This document shows positions 9,294 through 17,896 of a DNA stretch of 64,000 nucleotides, in pieces. Each line of letters opens with the position of its first letter. Within the stretch, counting starts at the first letter, position 1. The translations under genes were made by a program, and so were the position numbers. The DNA lies in the sequence record PP445229.1; one strand, given 5' to 3'. This DNA is from Escherichia phage EC.W2-6. The notes beneath the pieces are model-generated. The model ran no database searches and was not told where the DNA came from. It was given only the letters and a program-made list of their open reading frames with translations.

Positions 9294-9569
9294 ATGTCTA
9301 AAGTAATTAAGTTTTATAGCGATCAGTGTGCTCCATGTAAAGCAATGGCTCCTACCTTTGAGAAGGTTGTTAAGGAGTTTGATGTAGAAGTGGAAGAGAT
9401 TAACATCCTTGAAGGTGATGGTCGTGAACAAGCTGTTAAGTATGGTGTACGAAGTATCCCTGCTTTCGTTGTGCCTGACCGTAACAGTGGTGCGCACTAC
9501 AGCCTCTCCGGTATGCAGACTGAAGCAAACCTGAAAGCATTTTTGGACACAGCCCTGAGAAATAAGTAA
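9294..9569 (+). CDS. thioredoxin
   Basis: CAPC active site in a ~90-aa thioredoxin-fold-sized protein with the cis-Pro context (IPAF). Confidence 0.75.
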   Translation: MSKVIKFYSDQCAPCKAMAPTFEKVVKEFDVEVEEINILEGDGREQAVKYGVRSIPAFVVPDRNSGAHYSLSGMQTEANLKAFLDTALRNK

Positions 9570-9584
9570 TAAGGATATTCACGG

Positions 9585-10241
9585 ATGAATGAACAACTAC
9601 AAGCAACATTAATCGAAGCTATGGGAAGTGATCGTAGCGTAGTAAACGCAGCTCGAGTTTCCTTTGGCGTAACCCGTGAAGGTGATTTAAATGAACGTGA
9701 TGAACGTCTCATCAACTTTCTCGCAAGAGAGAAGCATGTTACCCCATTCCGACACCCGCAAGTCAGTTTCCGATGCAAAGCACCTATCGCAATTGCGAGA
9801 CAGCTGGGCAAGCATCAGGTTGGATTCTCGTGGAACGAAATGTCCCGGCGGTATAAAGATGGAGCAGTTGAAGTCTTCATCCCTAAAGAGATTTTTGCGA
9901 GACCTTCGGACCTCCATGCAGGTTCAGGGATTCAACTCATCGACGGAGAGCGAGCTGAAGCATTAATGCTGATTAATGATGCATATGAAGCTTCTCTAGC
10001 AGCATATGACAAGTTGATTGAATTTATTGCACCAGAGCAGGCTCGATTTGTTCTTCCTCAGGGGATGATCACTGAGTGGGTGTGGACTGGTTCTTTGTAT
10101 GGCTGGTTTGAGTTGTGCCGTCAGCGACTCTCCTCTCACGCTCAATATGAAGTTCGAGTGTTTGCTAAATCTCTAGATGAAGAGATGGCTAAACTCTACC
10201 CAATCTCGTGGGCAGCTCTGAAGAAAACTTTGGAGAGTTAA
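9585..10241 (+). CDS. thyX: ThyX-like flavin-dependent thymidylate synthase family protein (divergent signature motif)
   Basis: ARVSF, CKAPIAIARQ, SWNEMSRRY and SSHAQYEVR are collinear with ThyX blocks as I recall them; the canonical RHR is KHQ here. Confidence 0.65.
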   Translation: MNEQLQATLIEAMGSDRSVVNAARVSFGVTREGDLNERDERLINFLAREKHVTPFRHPQVSFRCKAPIAIARQLGKHQVGFSWNEMSRRYKDGAVEVFIPKEIFARPSDLHAGSGIQLIDGERAEALMLINDAYEASLAAYDKLIEFIAPEQARFVLPQGMITEWVWTGSLYGWFELCRQRLSSHAQYEVRVFAKSLDEEMAKLYPISWAALKKTLES

Positions 10242-10242
10242 A

Positions 10243-10491
10243 ATGGCTAGTAAAAGTATTTGGATTCTGAGTCGTGTTGAAGAGACAGACAGAGGGGAGT
10301 ACACAGAAGTGCTTTGCTCTTTCATTACATACCCCACAAAACAACAGCTTGAAGATGCTGGAGTAGAAATAAATCTTTCTCAATCTCTTTTTGATAAAAA
10401 GGTTTCCAAGTCAACAGCCCCATTCTTTGGTTATTACTACACACTTGATAGTTTGGAGCTACTGATGAATGATTCTTGTTTGGAGAATTAA
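10243..10491 (+). CDS. hypothetical protein (82 aa)
   Basis: ORF in operon context. Confidence 0.45.
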   Translation: MASKSIWILSRVEETDRGEYTEVLCSFITYPTKQQLEDAGVEINLSQSLFDKKVSKSTAPFFGYYYTLDSLELLMNDSCLEN

Positions 10492-10625
10492 TGTTGGAAG
10501 AAGATGACGATGTGTTCTGCACCAAGTGTGGGATGACAGTTGATGATGCATATGACCCAAGTGTAGAAATTTGTCCATGTTGCAGAGTATGTGAATATTG
10601 CTGTTCCCACAACTCAGAGGATTAG
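10491..10625 (+). CDS. small Cys-rich protein (44 aa)
   Basis: Not in track; TAATG overlap with upstream gene; CxxC ... CPCCRVCEYCC pattern. Confidence 0.3.
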   Translation: MLEEDDDVFCTKCGMTVDDAYDPSVEICPCCRVCEYCCSHNSED

Positions 10626-10637
10626 CAGGAATTCCTT

Positions 10638-10871
10638 ATGAAGATAAAACATATTACAGATATTCAGGAGGCATTTAGAATGCTTCCTCGAAGAGAGAAA
10701 GATAAGATTAAGAAGCTTATTCAAGTCTATGGTCATACATCTGAAGGTGATGTAGATTATATGCCTGCCACTTTTAGAGAATGCGGAATTGCTCGTAATT
10801 TCACATTTGATCATAAAGTATTTCAGCAATTCGTTGACCACTGGAGAAAAGATGGAAAAGAAAGTCTGTAG
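10638..10871 (+). CDS. hypothetical protein (77 aa)
   Basis: ORF with AGGAA Shine-Dalgarno. Confidence 0.45.
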   Translation: MKIKHITDIQEAFRMLPRREKDKIKKLIQVYGHTSEGDVDYMPATFRECGIARNFTFDHKVFQQFVDHWRKDGKESL

Positions 10872-11037
10872 CTTCTGTAATAAAGAGAAGACTGTCGCCA
10901 ACTTTAAACCTAATCCTGTAACTGGTCTGACCCATGTCATGTGCCACTCTTGCAGGATATATCTTGAAACAAAACACACTATCAATAGATTGCATTATTA
11001 TCACCCAACAACATTCAAATTTAAGGTTGTGAAATGA
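10852..11037 (+). CDS. small zinc-ribbon protein (61 aa)
   Basis: CSFC ... CHSC cysteine pairs; start taken at internal ATG with GGAGAA upstream. Confidence 0.4.
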   Translation: MEKKVCSFCNKEKTVANFKPNPVTGLTHVMCHSCRIYLETKHTINRLHYYHPTTFKFKVVK

Positions 11038-11363
11038 TTGACAGTAATACATTTAGGACTTCAAATGGAAGTGAAATAAGTCCCGCTGAAGTAATCAATC
11101 GGCATAGAAGGCAATTGATCATCCATTCCTATTTGTATTACTGGTTGGATGACCCTATCTGGTCTGATGATAAATGGCAACAAGTTGCTAATGATCTAGT
11201 GGAGCTGCAAGCTCTGTATCCAGAGCCTACCGGAGTCTTTGACAGTGAGTTCAAAGATTGGGATGGTTCTACAGGGATGCACCTCCCACACAATGAGACT
11301 GTTGCTTGTATGGCGACAGCTGTTTACAGGATTCATAAAGATATGAACCATGAAGTGCTCTAG
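11034..11363 (+). CDS. hypothetical protein (109 aa)
   Basis: ORF overlapping upstream stop. Confidence 0.45.
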   Translation: MIDSNTFRTSNGSEISPAEVINRHRRQLIIHSYLYYWLDDPIWSDDKWQQVANDLVELQALYPEPTGVFDSEFKDWDGSTGMHLPHNETVACMATAVYRIHKDMNHEVL

Positions 11364-11535
11364 ATGTGAAGGAACAAACCTTCATTTAAGTAACAAGGTT
11401 ATCAGAGAGCTTGCCAAAGGCTCTCCAACCAAAGGGAAGAACAAACGATTTACTAACGTCAGGGTTTATACAGCAATCTGCAAAGACTGCTTAACTACTG
11501 AGTGTCATTACGAAGAAATTGGAGAGCGTAAATGA
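11350..11535 (+). CDS. small zinc-ribbon protein (61 aa)
   Basis: CSRC ... CKDC pairs. Confidence 0.4.
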   Translation: MKCSRCEGTNLHLSNKVIRELAKGSPTKGKNKRFTNVRVYTAICKDCLTTECHYEEIGERK

Positions 11536-12269
11536 GTCGTCGTCAATCACGGAAAGAATCACGGAAAGACCTTCGTCGAGAAGCACTTGTTACTCGTAAG
11601 GGTAAGCGAGAGTATGAAGAGGTGGTTTTAGCAAAGCCTGTAGTCCCTCAGAACCAGTTTCAGTCTGAGCTACTCAATGCTATTAAGACTAAACAAGTTG
11701 TGTTCACAGACGCTCCTGCGGGCTGTGGTAAGACCTTTGTAATCACTTCCACGGTTATTGATGCACTGAAGAGTGGTAAGATTCAGAAGATCATCCTGAG
11801 TCGACCTTCAGTTGGCATGGGTAACTCTCTTGGGTTACTTCCGGGAGGAATGCGTGAGAAGTTTGAACCATACCTGATGCCTATCATTGATGTTATTACT
11901 CAGCGATACGGTAAGGGATTCTATGAATGCCAAATCGGAAATGGTAACATTGAATTTGTACCTCTGGAATATCTCCGTGGTCGCTCTTTCAACGATGCCA
12001 TTGTTATCGTAGATGAGTTCCAGAACACAACTAAGGATGAAGCCTTCTCCATCATGACTCGATTGGGAGAAACCTCTCAATTGTTCTGTATGGGTGATAC
12101 AAACCAGCATGATATGCGTGGTCGCGAGAGTGGTCTAACTTGGGCTACTAACTTTATTGATGAACACGATCTGTATGAGTTTGCTGAGATTGTAGATGGT
12201 GAATCAGATGATATTGTTCGTTCTGGTTTCTGTAAGGCGATTGTTAAAGCAATGGAAAAGAAAGCTTAA
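11532..12269 (+). CDS. phoH: PhoH-like ATPase
   Basis: Walker A DAPAGCGKTF, Walker B IVIVDEFQN and PhoH-type GDTNQHD motif. Confidence 0.8.
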   Translation: MSRRQSRKESRKDLRREALVTRKGKREYEEVVLAKPVVPQNQFQSELLNAIKTKQVVFTDAPAGCGKTFVITSTVIDALKSGKIQKIILSRPSVGMGNSLGLLPGGMREKFEPYLMPIIDVITQRYGKGFYECQIGNGNIEFVPLEYLRGRSFNDAIVIVDEFQNTTKDEAFSIMTRLGETSQLFCMGDTNQHDMRGRESGLTWATNFIDEHDLYEFAEIVDGESDDIVRSGFCKAIVKAMEKKA

Positions 12270-12280
12270 ACAGTAACTTA

Positions 12281-12289
12281 TAATGTATA
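12281..12289 (+). promoter_or_regulatory. TAATGTATA element (candidate phage-sigma-dependent promoter)
   Basis: Exact 9-mer about 37 nt upstream of the 12326 start codon. Confidence 0.45.
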
Positions 12290-12325
12290 CTCCTTAGTGT
12301 ACACTGATATATTAAGGAGTTTTAA

Positions 12326-12643
12326 ATGGCAGATCATGTAGGAAAGAGAGATTATGCACAAGAAAGACGTACCGCAATTGCCCGTGGTGAGACAGGCGTT
12401 GGGAGCAAGAGCGGAGATGCTCAGCGCCACCGTGCACGTCGCATCGTTGAAAAGCGCGATGGAAAAGCTGCTGTCAGAGGTAAAGACGTTGGACACAAAC
12501 GAGCTGTCAAGTCTGGAGGCTCTAATGCGTCAAGCAACTTACGTGTTGAATCAGTCAGCTCAAACCGTTCAAACGGCGGCAAAAGTGGTGATCGAGCTGG
12601 AAAAGCAAACGGAGCTAGGAAGGGGGCGTTGAGTGGTTCTTGA
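12326..12643 (+). CDS. basic Gly/Arg/Lys-rich low-complexity protein (KGG-repeat-like)
   Basis: AAGGAG Shine-Dalgarno 8 nt upstream; T/A-ending codon preference like the rest of the phage; TAATGTATA element about 37 nt upstream. Confidence 0.5.
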   Translation: MADHVGKRDYAQERRTAIARGETGVGSKSGDAQRHRARRIVEKRDGKAAVRGKDVGHKRAVKSGGSNASSNLRVESVSSNRSNGGKSGDRAGKANGARKGALSGS

Positions 12644-13124
12644 TGACACCTTATCTTACGATGCGGTCACAGGTAACCTATATTACACAAAATCTCCTAG
12701 CAAAGGAGTGATGTGGAACAAAAGCCACCCCGGAAAGATAGCTGGATGTATGATATCGAAAGGCTATATCGGTGTGTATTTCCAAGGAAGACGATGGAGA
12801 GCGCACCGACTTATAGCTACGCACTTTATACCAAACCCTAACAATTATCCAGAAGTCAACCACATCAATGGGATAAAAGACGATAATCGACTGGAGAATC
12901 TTGAATGGGTATCCGCTTCTGAAAACATACAACATTCCTTTGATACAGGGTTGAATAAAGGGCACACTCGTGACAATAACGGAATGACCAAATTATCCTC
13001 TGGAGATGTTGTAAAGATTAAACAGATGTATGTGAAGGGTTCTAGGGATTTTGGCTCTAGAGGTCTTGGTAAGTTGTTTGGCGTGAGCCATACAGCTATA
13101 CTCCATGCTTTAAAGGAGCTTTAA
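12633..13124 (+). CDS. HNH-family homing endonuclease
   Basis: HFIPNPNNYPEVNHINGIKDDNRLENLEWVS is the classic HNH (HNH_3) core; C-terminal helix-turn-helix-like tail; GTG start overlapping upstream stop. Confidence 0.75.
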   Translation: MVLDDTLSYDAVTGNLYYTKSPSKGVMWNKSHPGKIAGCMISKGYIGVYFQGRRWRAHRLIATHFIPNPNNYPEVNHINGIKDDNRLENLEWVSASENIQHSFDTGLNKGHTRDNNGMTKLSSGDVVKIKQMYVKGSRDFGSRGLGKLFGVSHTAILHALKEL

Positions 13125-13140
13125 GCTCATCGTAATATGA

Positions 13141-13169
13141 GGCTACCCAAATGGGTGGCCTTTTCTTTC
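13141..13169 (+). terminator. rho-independent terminator
   Basis: GGCTACCC-AAAT-GGGTGGCC hairpin followed by TTTTCTTTC. Confidence 0.6.
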
Positions 13170-13203
13170 ATATAAACCAAAATAAACTTCTTAGGTAATA
13201 AAT

Positions 13204-13458
13204 ATGTCTATTGTAAAAATCGTAAATATTTTTGATGTAACCAGAGATGGCAAGATTGTTAAGTGGACTTTCACTAACCACCACAACAAATCAAACAAGA
13301 TCATCGAACGGATGATTGAGATTAACCCAAAAACAGCTCGCACTAACGTACTCCTTCGAGGAGCTGATGGAAAATTTATCTCTTATAAGAATAAGAACGT
13401 AGAAAAATCTTTCCGTGTTGCAGTAGAAAATCTCATCCCATTCCCTAAAGGAGTTTAA
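13204..13458 (+). CDS. small protein, paralog 1 of a tandem pair
   Basis: Shares KTARTNVLLRGADGKFISY ... AVENLIPFPKG with the next ORF. Confidence 0.55.
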   Translation: MSIVKIVNIFDVTRDGKIVKWTFTNHHNKSNKIIERMIEINPKTARTNVLLRGADGKFISYKNKNVEKSFRVAVENLIPFPKGV

Positions 13459-13459
13459 T

Positions 13460-13744
13460 ATGAATAAGTTAGCTATGGTTCAGATTCGAGACACATACCC
13501 TAACCGCCCGGAGCAGAAACCGCGTACTTGGTCTTATCTGTTGGCTGAAAGTAAGACTATTGACAAATACGCTGTAGGGATTGATGCTATTCCAAATAGT
13601 GTCACATTACTCCCTCACAAAACAGCCAGAACTAATGTAATGTTACGTGATAGCAAAGGTAAGTTTATCTCTTATCGTGATTCAAGAATCAATAATGAAA
13701 TTAAATCTGCTGTGGAATTTTTGATGCCATTCCCAAGAGGTTGA
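13460..13744 (+). CDS. small protein, paralog 2 of a tandem pair
   Basis: KTARTNVMLRDSKGKFISY ... AVEFLMPFPRG. Confidence 0.55.
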   Translation: MNKLAMVQIRDTYPNRPEQKPRTWSYLLAESKTIDKYAVGIDAIPNSVTLLPHKTARTNVMLRDSKGKFISYRDSRINNEIKSAVEFLMPFPRG

Positions 13745-13747
13745 GTT

Positions 13748-13906
13748 ATGAAAGAGTATATTTACGTTGGTCAGCGGTGGTTCGGTGATGAATGGGAAGG
13801 TGGATACAGCGTTGTGAAAGCTTTTAAGTCTGAAGAAGATGCCAAGGCATGGGTCTTAAAAGATGACGTTGGCGAGAGAACTTACATTGAAGTAGAGGTG
13901 GAGTAG
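13748..13906 (+). CDS. small hypothetical protein (52 aa)
   Basis: Not in track; tightly packed between flanking genes. Confidence 0.3.
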   Translation: MKEYIYVGQRWFGDEWEGGYSVVKAFKSEEDAKAWVLKDDVGERTYIEVEVE

Positions 13907-13907
13907 A

Positions 13908-14330
13908 ATGCCATTACCAGCTAGACACCAAAACCGTTTCTTAGTTCTTAAGTGGGATGATATCGAAATGAATCTCACTGAACATGAACTTGATTTGTTC
14001 CATGAACTACTGTCAGAGATTCGCTCTGGTATCCCTGAACGTCAGTATGTGGTTATCAGTGATAAGCACCCTCAAGAGTTTGAAGAAGCTTGGGGTATGA
14101 AGTTGGCTTACATTCAGAGAGCTATCCGAGAAAGAGAAGAAGTCGCTAACCAAAGGGTTGTGGCTCATTTAGTACGAGAGCAACCTCGTGAAGCTAGGGC
14201 TAACCATGCACCACCTCCACCTACTCCTCGGATAGTTGTTAACGGGGCGGTTAGGGCTTACAGTTATGAAGCTACCGCGTTAGATGTGATAGAAGATAAC
14301 CAAGCATTTACAGATTTACTTTACCAATAA
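13908..14330 (+). CDS. hypothetical protein (140 aa)
   Basis: ORF immediately upstream of DNA polymerase catalytic gene. Confidence 0.5.
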   Translation: MPLPARHQNRFLVLKWDDIEMNLTEHELDLFHELLSEIRSGIPERQYVVISDKHPQEFEEAWGMKLAYIQRAIREREEVANQRVVAHLVREQPREARANHAPPPPTPRIVVNGAVRAYSYEATALDVIEDNQAFTDLLYQ

Positions 14331-14346
14331 TTTAAAGGAGTATAAA

Positions 14347-16191
14347 GTGAGCAACCCGGACGCTCTTCCATTTTTGACAGAGATGACTGTCGCTGATATA
14401 ATCTCTAAGCAAGCAAAGCACGGAGTTAGTTTCAACCGAAGAAATGCTCGGTGGTATGTTCACCTCCTTAAAGAGATTATTGTTAATATTGACAGAGAGT
14501 TGATTCCTCTCTTACCTAAGATGAGATTAGATGGCTCTACTTATATGAAGCCGTTTAAGAAGTCTGGAGCTTTACAGAAGTGGCCTCAAGCTTATTGTGA
14601 TAGGGTTGGGCTGAAAAGAGAAGACATTGGTGGAGCATTCACCTGTGTCGAATATGTAGACTTTGATCCATCGAAAGATGCACGAGTTAAAGAAGCTCTT
14701 ATGGATGAGGGCTTTCTTCCTCCAGAGTTTAACGTATCTAAGAAGCCTTGGAATACTTTCGAAATTAAGAAAGATATGAGAAAGTATGGAACATACCAAG
14801 CATGGTATACTGCTTGGATGCGAGGTAATGCTAAACAGAAGCAGACAGCCGAGATGGTTGACGCTGATATTAGAAAGTTCTTAGAGAAGCATTTTCGGTT
14901 TAAAACTAAGAACTACATGAAGGCTTACGTATTTGGTTTGGGATTAAACCCTAATCGCCGTAATCCTGTAACGTTTGATGAGATTAAGAAAGCACTAGCC
15001 ACATCAAACAAGTGGCCTACAGCTCCTACAAACCTCGAGGAGACTCTTGAAGAAGGGTTAGGGGGTGAGCTAGGGAGTGTCGGAAGTTTGCTTAAGAGAC
15101 GCGTTGTGGCGGCTCACAGGCTAGGTCTTATCAGTGGACTCATAGCAAAGGAACGCGAAGATGGTAAACTTTCGGCAGAAGCTAACAGCTGCGCTACGCC
15201 GACTTTTCGATTCAAACATCGTATCGTGGTTAATATTCCCTCCCGTGGTCTGTTTGGTCACGAGTGTCGCAGTTTGTTTGAGTCTGACTATAACTCAGAC
15301 AGTGATCACTCTCGTCCTTTCGTTATTACTAACGTTGTTCCTGATGGTTGTTATATACGAAAAGGTACTAACGTAATTTACGAGAAAGGTAAGCCGGGGA
15401 AGAAAGACAAACCTGTAGGCGCTTACAAATATTACATACCCACTGGTAAAGAAGTATTCTTAGGGTATGATGGTTCTGGACTGGAACTTCGTATGCTCGC
15501 TCACTACCTCATTAAAGAGTGTAGGGATATGCTTGCTGAGGCAATTGAAGAGAACAACCCAGCTAAGAAAGCTCTGGCAGAACGTGGTTTAGCTTCTGCT
15601 ATTATGTATCGTGATATTCTCCTTGAAGGTGATATCCACTCCCACAACCAGAAACTTGCTGGTCTTCCTACTCGTGACAACGCTAAGACATTTATCTATG
15701 CATTCAACTACGGTGCTGGCGATGCTAAGCTTGGTTCAATTGTAGGTGGTGGGGCTGACGAAGGTTCAGTGATGCGAGCACGTTTCTTAGCAGAGAACCC
15801 ATGTATTGCAATCCTCATTGATCGTATGACAGAGAAAGCTGCTCAAGGATACTTGATTGGAGTTGATGGTCGTAAGATTACAATGAGACGGGATGCCACT
15901 GGTAAGGTTATGGTTCATAAAGCCCTTAACACACTCCTGCAATGTGCTGGTGCTGTTGTTATGAAATATGCTATGATGTTCCTTAACAAGTGGATTGAGA
16001 AAGATAAGGTTCGTTGTGCTAAGGTAATTGATATGCACGATGAAGGTCAATTCTCAGTAAACCGTAATGATGTACAGAAACTCAAAGAGCACACTGAGCT
16101 TTGTGTTAAGAAAGCTGGCGAGTATCTGAACATGGAATGTCCTCTGGCATCTGATTGTCAGATTGGACTTAACTGGATGCATACACACTAA
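14347..16191 (+). CDS. DNA polymerase I family (T7 gp5-like), polymerase domain; C-terminal part of split polymerase
   Basis: GYDGSGLELRMLAHY (motif A), LPTRDNAKTFIYAFNYGAGDAKLG (motif B), VIDMHDEGQF (motif C); AAAGGAG Shine-Dalgarno before GTG start. Confidence 0.85.
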   Translation: MSNPDALPFLTEMTVADIISKQAKHGVSFNRRNARWYVHLLKEIIVNIDRELIPLLPKMRLDGSTYMKPFKKSGALQKWPQAYCDRVGLKREDIGGAFTCVEYVDFDPSKDARVKEALMDEGFLPPEFNVSKKPWNTFEIKKDMRKYGTYQAWYTAWMRGNAKQKQTAEMVDADIRKFLEKHFRFKTKNYMKAYVFGLGLNPNRRNPVTFDEIKKALATSNKWPTAPTNLEETLEEGLGGELGSVGSLLKRRVVAAHRLGLISGLIAKEREDGKLSAEANSCATPTFRFKHRIVVNIPSRGLFGHECRSLFESDYNSDSDHSRPFVITNVVPDGCYIRKGTNVIYEKGKPGKKDKPVGAYKYYIPTGKEVFLGYDGSGLELRMLAHYLIKECRDMLAEAIEENNPAKKALAERGLASAIMYRDILLEGDIHSHNQKLAGLPTRDNAKTFIYAFNYGAGDAKLGSIVGGGADEGSVMRARFLAENPCIAILIDRMTEKAAQGYLIGVDGRKITMRRDATGKVMVHKALNTLLQCAGAVVMKYAMMFLNKWIEKDKVRCAKVIDMHDEGQFSVNRNDVQKLKEHTELCVKKAGEYLNMECPLASDCQIGLNWMHTH

Positions 16192-16196
16192 GGTGA

Positions 16197-16565
16197 GTGA
16201 TGAAAGAAACCAATATCATCTACAGAACATTGAGATGTTTAGCTAAAGAGAGGGGGATGGAGGATTTCCTCCTCCAATATTATGAAATAACTAAGACTGG
16301 AATTTATCCAAAATGGTTTAGTGAAGATCACGGATTATGCTTCAACTTTCGCTGTTATAAGAGGTATTACTATTTCACAAAGCATTTAGATATTGACGAC
16401 ATGAAGAATATGTTTAATCAAGAAAAGTTTTTGGACCCAACATACCCATTCGGATGTTATCAATATTTTAGAGATAGGGAAAACGGGGCACATCATAAGA
16501 ATCCAAAACGACGGGCTTGGATTAAAGATACACTGAAAACTCTGTACAGTATTGAGGTTGAGTGA
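16197..16565 (+). CDS. hypothetical protein (122 aa)
   Basis: ORF in operon context. Confidence 0.45.
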   Translation: MMKETNIIYRTLRCLAKERGMEDFLLQYYEITKTGIYPKWFSEDHGLCFNFRCYKRYYYFTKHLDIDDMKNMFNQEKFLDPTYPFGCYQYFRDRENGAHHKNPKRRAWIKDTLKTLYSIEVE

Positions 16566-16756
16566 TGAGTGTTCGTGGTTATTATGAATCTTGGGCCGTC
16601 TTCAGCGGTGGCTCCACTCTCGTAGCATTAAATGGTCAACTGTGTATCTTTGAGACAGAGAACTTAGCAATAACCAAAGCAGCAGAGCTAGTTCGAAAGT
16701 TTCCAAACAAGACATTCACAGTTAAAAGGATAGAAGTACCTGCATTGGTAGAGTGA
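16562..16756 (+). CDS. hypothetical protein (64 aa)
   Basis: ATGA start/stop overlap. Confidence 0.4.
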   Translation: MMSVRGYYESWAVFSGGSTLVALNGQLCIFETENLAITKAAELVRKFPNKTFTVKRIEVPALVE

Positions 16757-16912
16757 ATAAATAAGACGAATGAACTATTCTTATTGATTGGTTCGTAACA
16801 AGGAGATTGAAGTGGAAGAGATGCCATCGGATTGGTGTTATCGTCAGAGCGCCATCTGTAATGAACAAGGTCGTCCTGATGAGGCTGAGTTCTATCTAGA
16901 GCTAGCCGAACT

Positions 16913-17107
16913 GTGGAAAGAACGAGAGGAGAAAGAGTGATGGAAGGTATTTACCGTAAACCGCCTCCAAAATATAACATCCTTTATACTGATGCAACAG
17001 GTGAGTTTAGAAGTGTGTTAGTTTACACGGATGAAGAACGAAACCAAATGGTTGCTGCTATTGAAGCCAATGGTGGTACAATCATGCGAATTTATAACAT
17101 AACATAA
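16913..17107 (+). CDS. hypothetical protein (64 aa)
   Basis: ORF with GGAG upstream. Confidence 0.4.
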   Translation: MERTRGERVMEGIYRKPPPKYNILYTDATGEFRSVLVYTDEERNQMVAAIEANGGTIMRIYNIT

Positions 17108-17116
17108 GGAATATCA

Positions 17117-17293
17117 ATGACTGCTTCTGAATTAAAAGAAACCCTATCCACTGAAGAAGGTAAAGCTTTCTTCTTATCTCAAGTACACTCTATGGGTAAA
17201 GATGCCCTTCGCCAAGCAGTCGTTGAGCTTACTGGTGTAGTGATTGACTTGAGTATTGAAAATGAAACACTTGAAGCTAAAGTGAACGGTTAA
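17117..17293 (+). CDS. small hypothetical protein (58 aa)
   Basis: Not in track; AAGGAATATCA upstream; followed by hairpin terminator. Confidence 0.35.
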   Translation: MTASELKETLSTEEGKAFFLSQVHSMGKDALRQAVVELTGVVIDLSIENETLEAKVNG

Positions 17294-17300
17294 ATAAGAA

Positions 17301-17323
17301 GCTGCCTTCGGGCGGCTTTTCTT
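17301..17323 (+). terminator. rho-independent terminator
   Basis: GCTGCC-TTCG-GGCGGC hairpin followed by TTTTCTT. Confidence 0.6.
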
Positions 17324-17339
17324 GTCTAAAGGATTTGAC

Positions 17340-17732
17340 ATGAATATTGGTTTAGATTATGATGACACTTACACAGCAGATAGACGTCTGTGGAGAGATG
17401 TGATAGGATTGATGAAAGGGTATGGACATGATGTAAGATTCGTGACTTTCCGTTTCTCAGAGCCTAATGGTTATGATAACGTGGATATCCTCTATGATGC
17501 AGAGACCCTGCAAATCCCTGTCATCTTTTGTAATGGTGTGCAGAAGGATGAGGTGTGTCGACAGTTAGGTTTCTTCGTCGATATCTGGATTGATGACTTC
17601 CCTGTTGGAATCCCCAAAAAGGACCACCTAGATGGTATGCTGAAGGGCGTAAGACTTAATGACCTTAGGGCAGCACCTCCTGTAGAAATAGCCGCTCCTG
17701 TGTACTCTGAAGAGCCTTTGGTGATTCGATGA
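17340..17732 (+). CDS. HAD-superfamily-like hydrolase (putative nucleotidase)
   Basis: N-terminal GLDYDDTYT fits the DxDxT motif I; IWIDDFP is motif IV-like. Confidence 0.45.
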   Translation: MNIGLDYDDTYTADRRLWRDVIGLMKGYGHDVRFVTFRFSEPNGYDNVDILYDAETLQIPVIFCNGVQKDEVCRQLGFFVDIWIDDFPVGIPKKDHLDGMLKGVRLNDLRAAPPVEIAAPVYSEEPLVIR

Positions 17733-17896
17733 AGAAATATAGTGTATGGATTAACGAGGAAGAAGAAGGTTTTGATGAAGCTGGAGGGTGGGTGAATATC
17801 CTAAACACCGACGACATAGAAGAGGCCGAGAAGTGCGCCCTAAACTATAACTCTGGATATTATGAAAGAAATTGGGAATATGGGGAAGAAGAATGA
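17729..17896 (+). CDS. small acidic hypothetical protein (55 aa)
   Basis: Not in track; ATGA overlap with upstream gene. Confidence 0.3.
   Translation: MKKYSVWINEEEEGFDEAGGWVNILNTDDIEEAEKCALNYNSGYYERNWEYGEEE

Noticed and set aside
12354-12632. 92-aa ORF overlapping the KGG-like gene in another frame
   Set aside because: Uses G/C-ending codons unlike the rest of the phage, whereas the 12326 frame has a strong Shine-Dalgarno and phage-like codon usage; treated as a shadow ORF of a GC-rich segment
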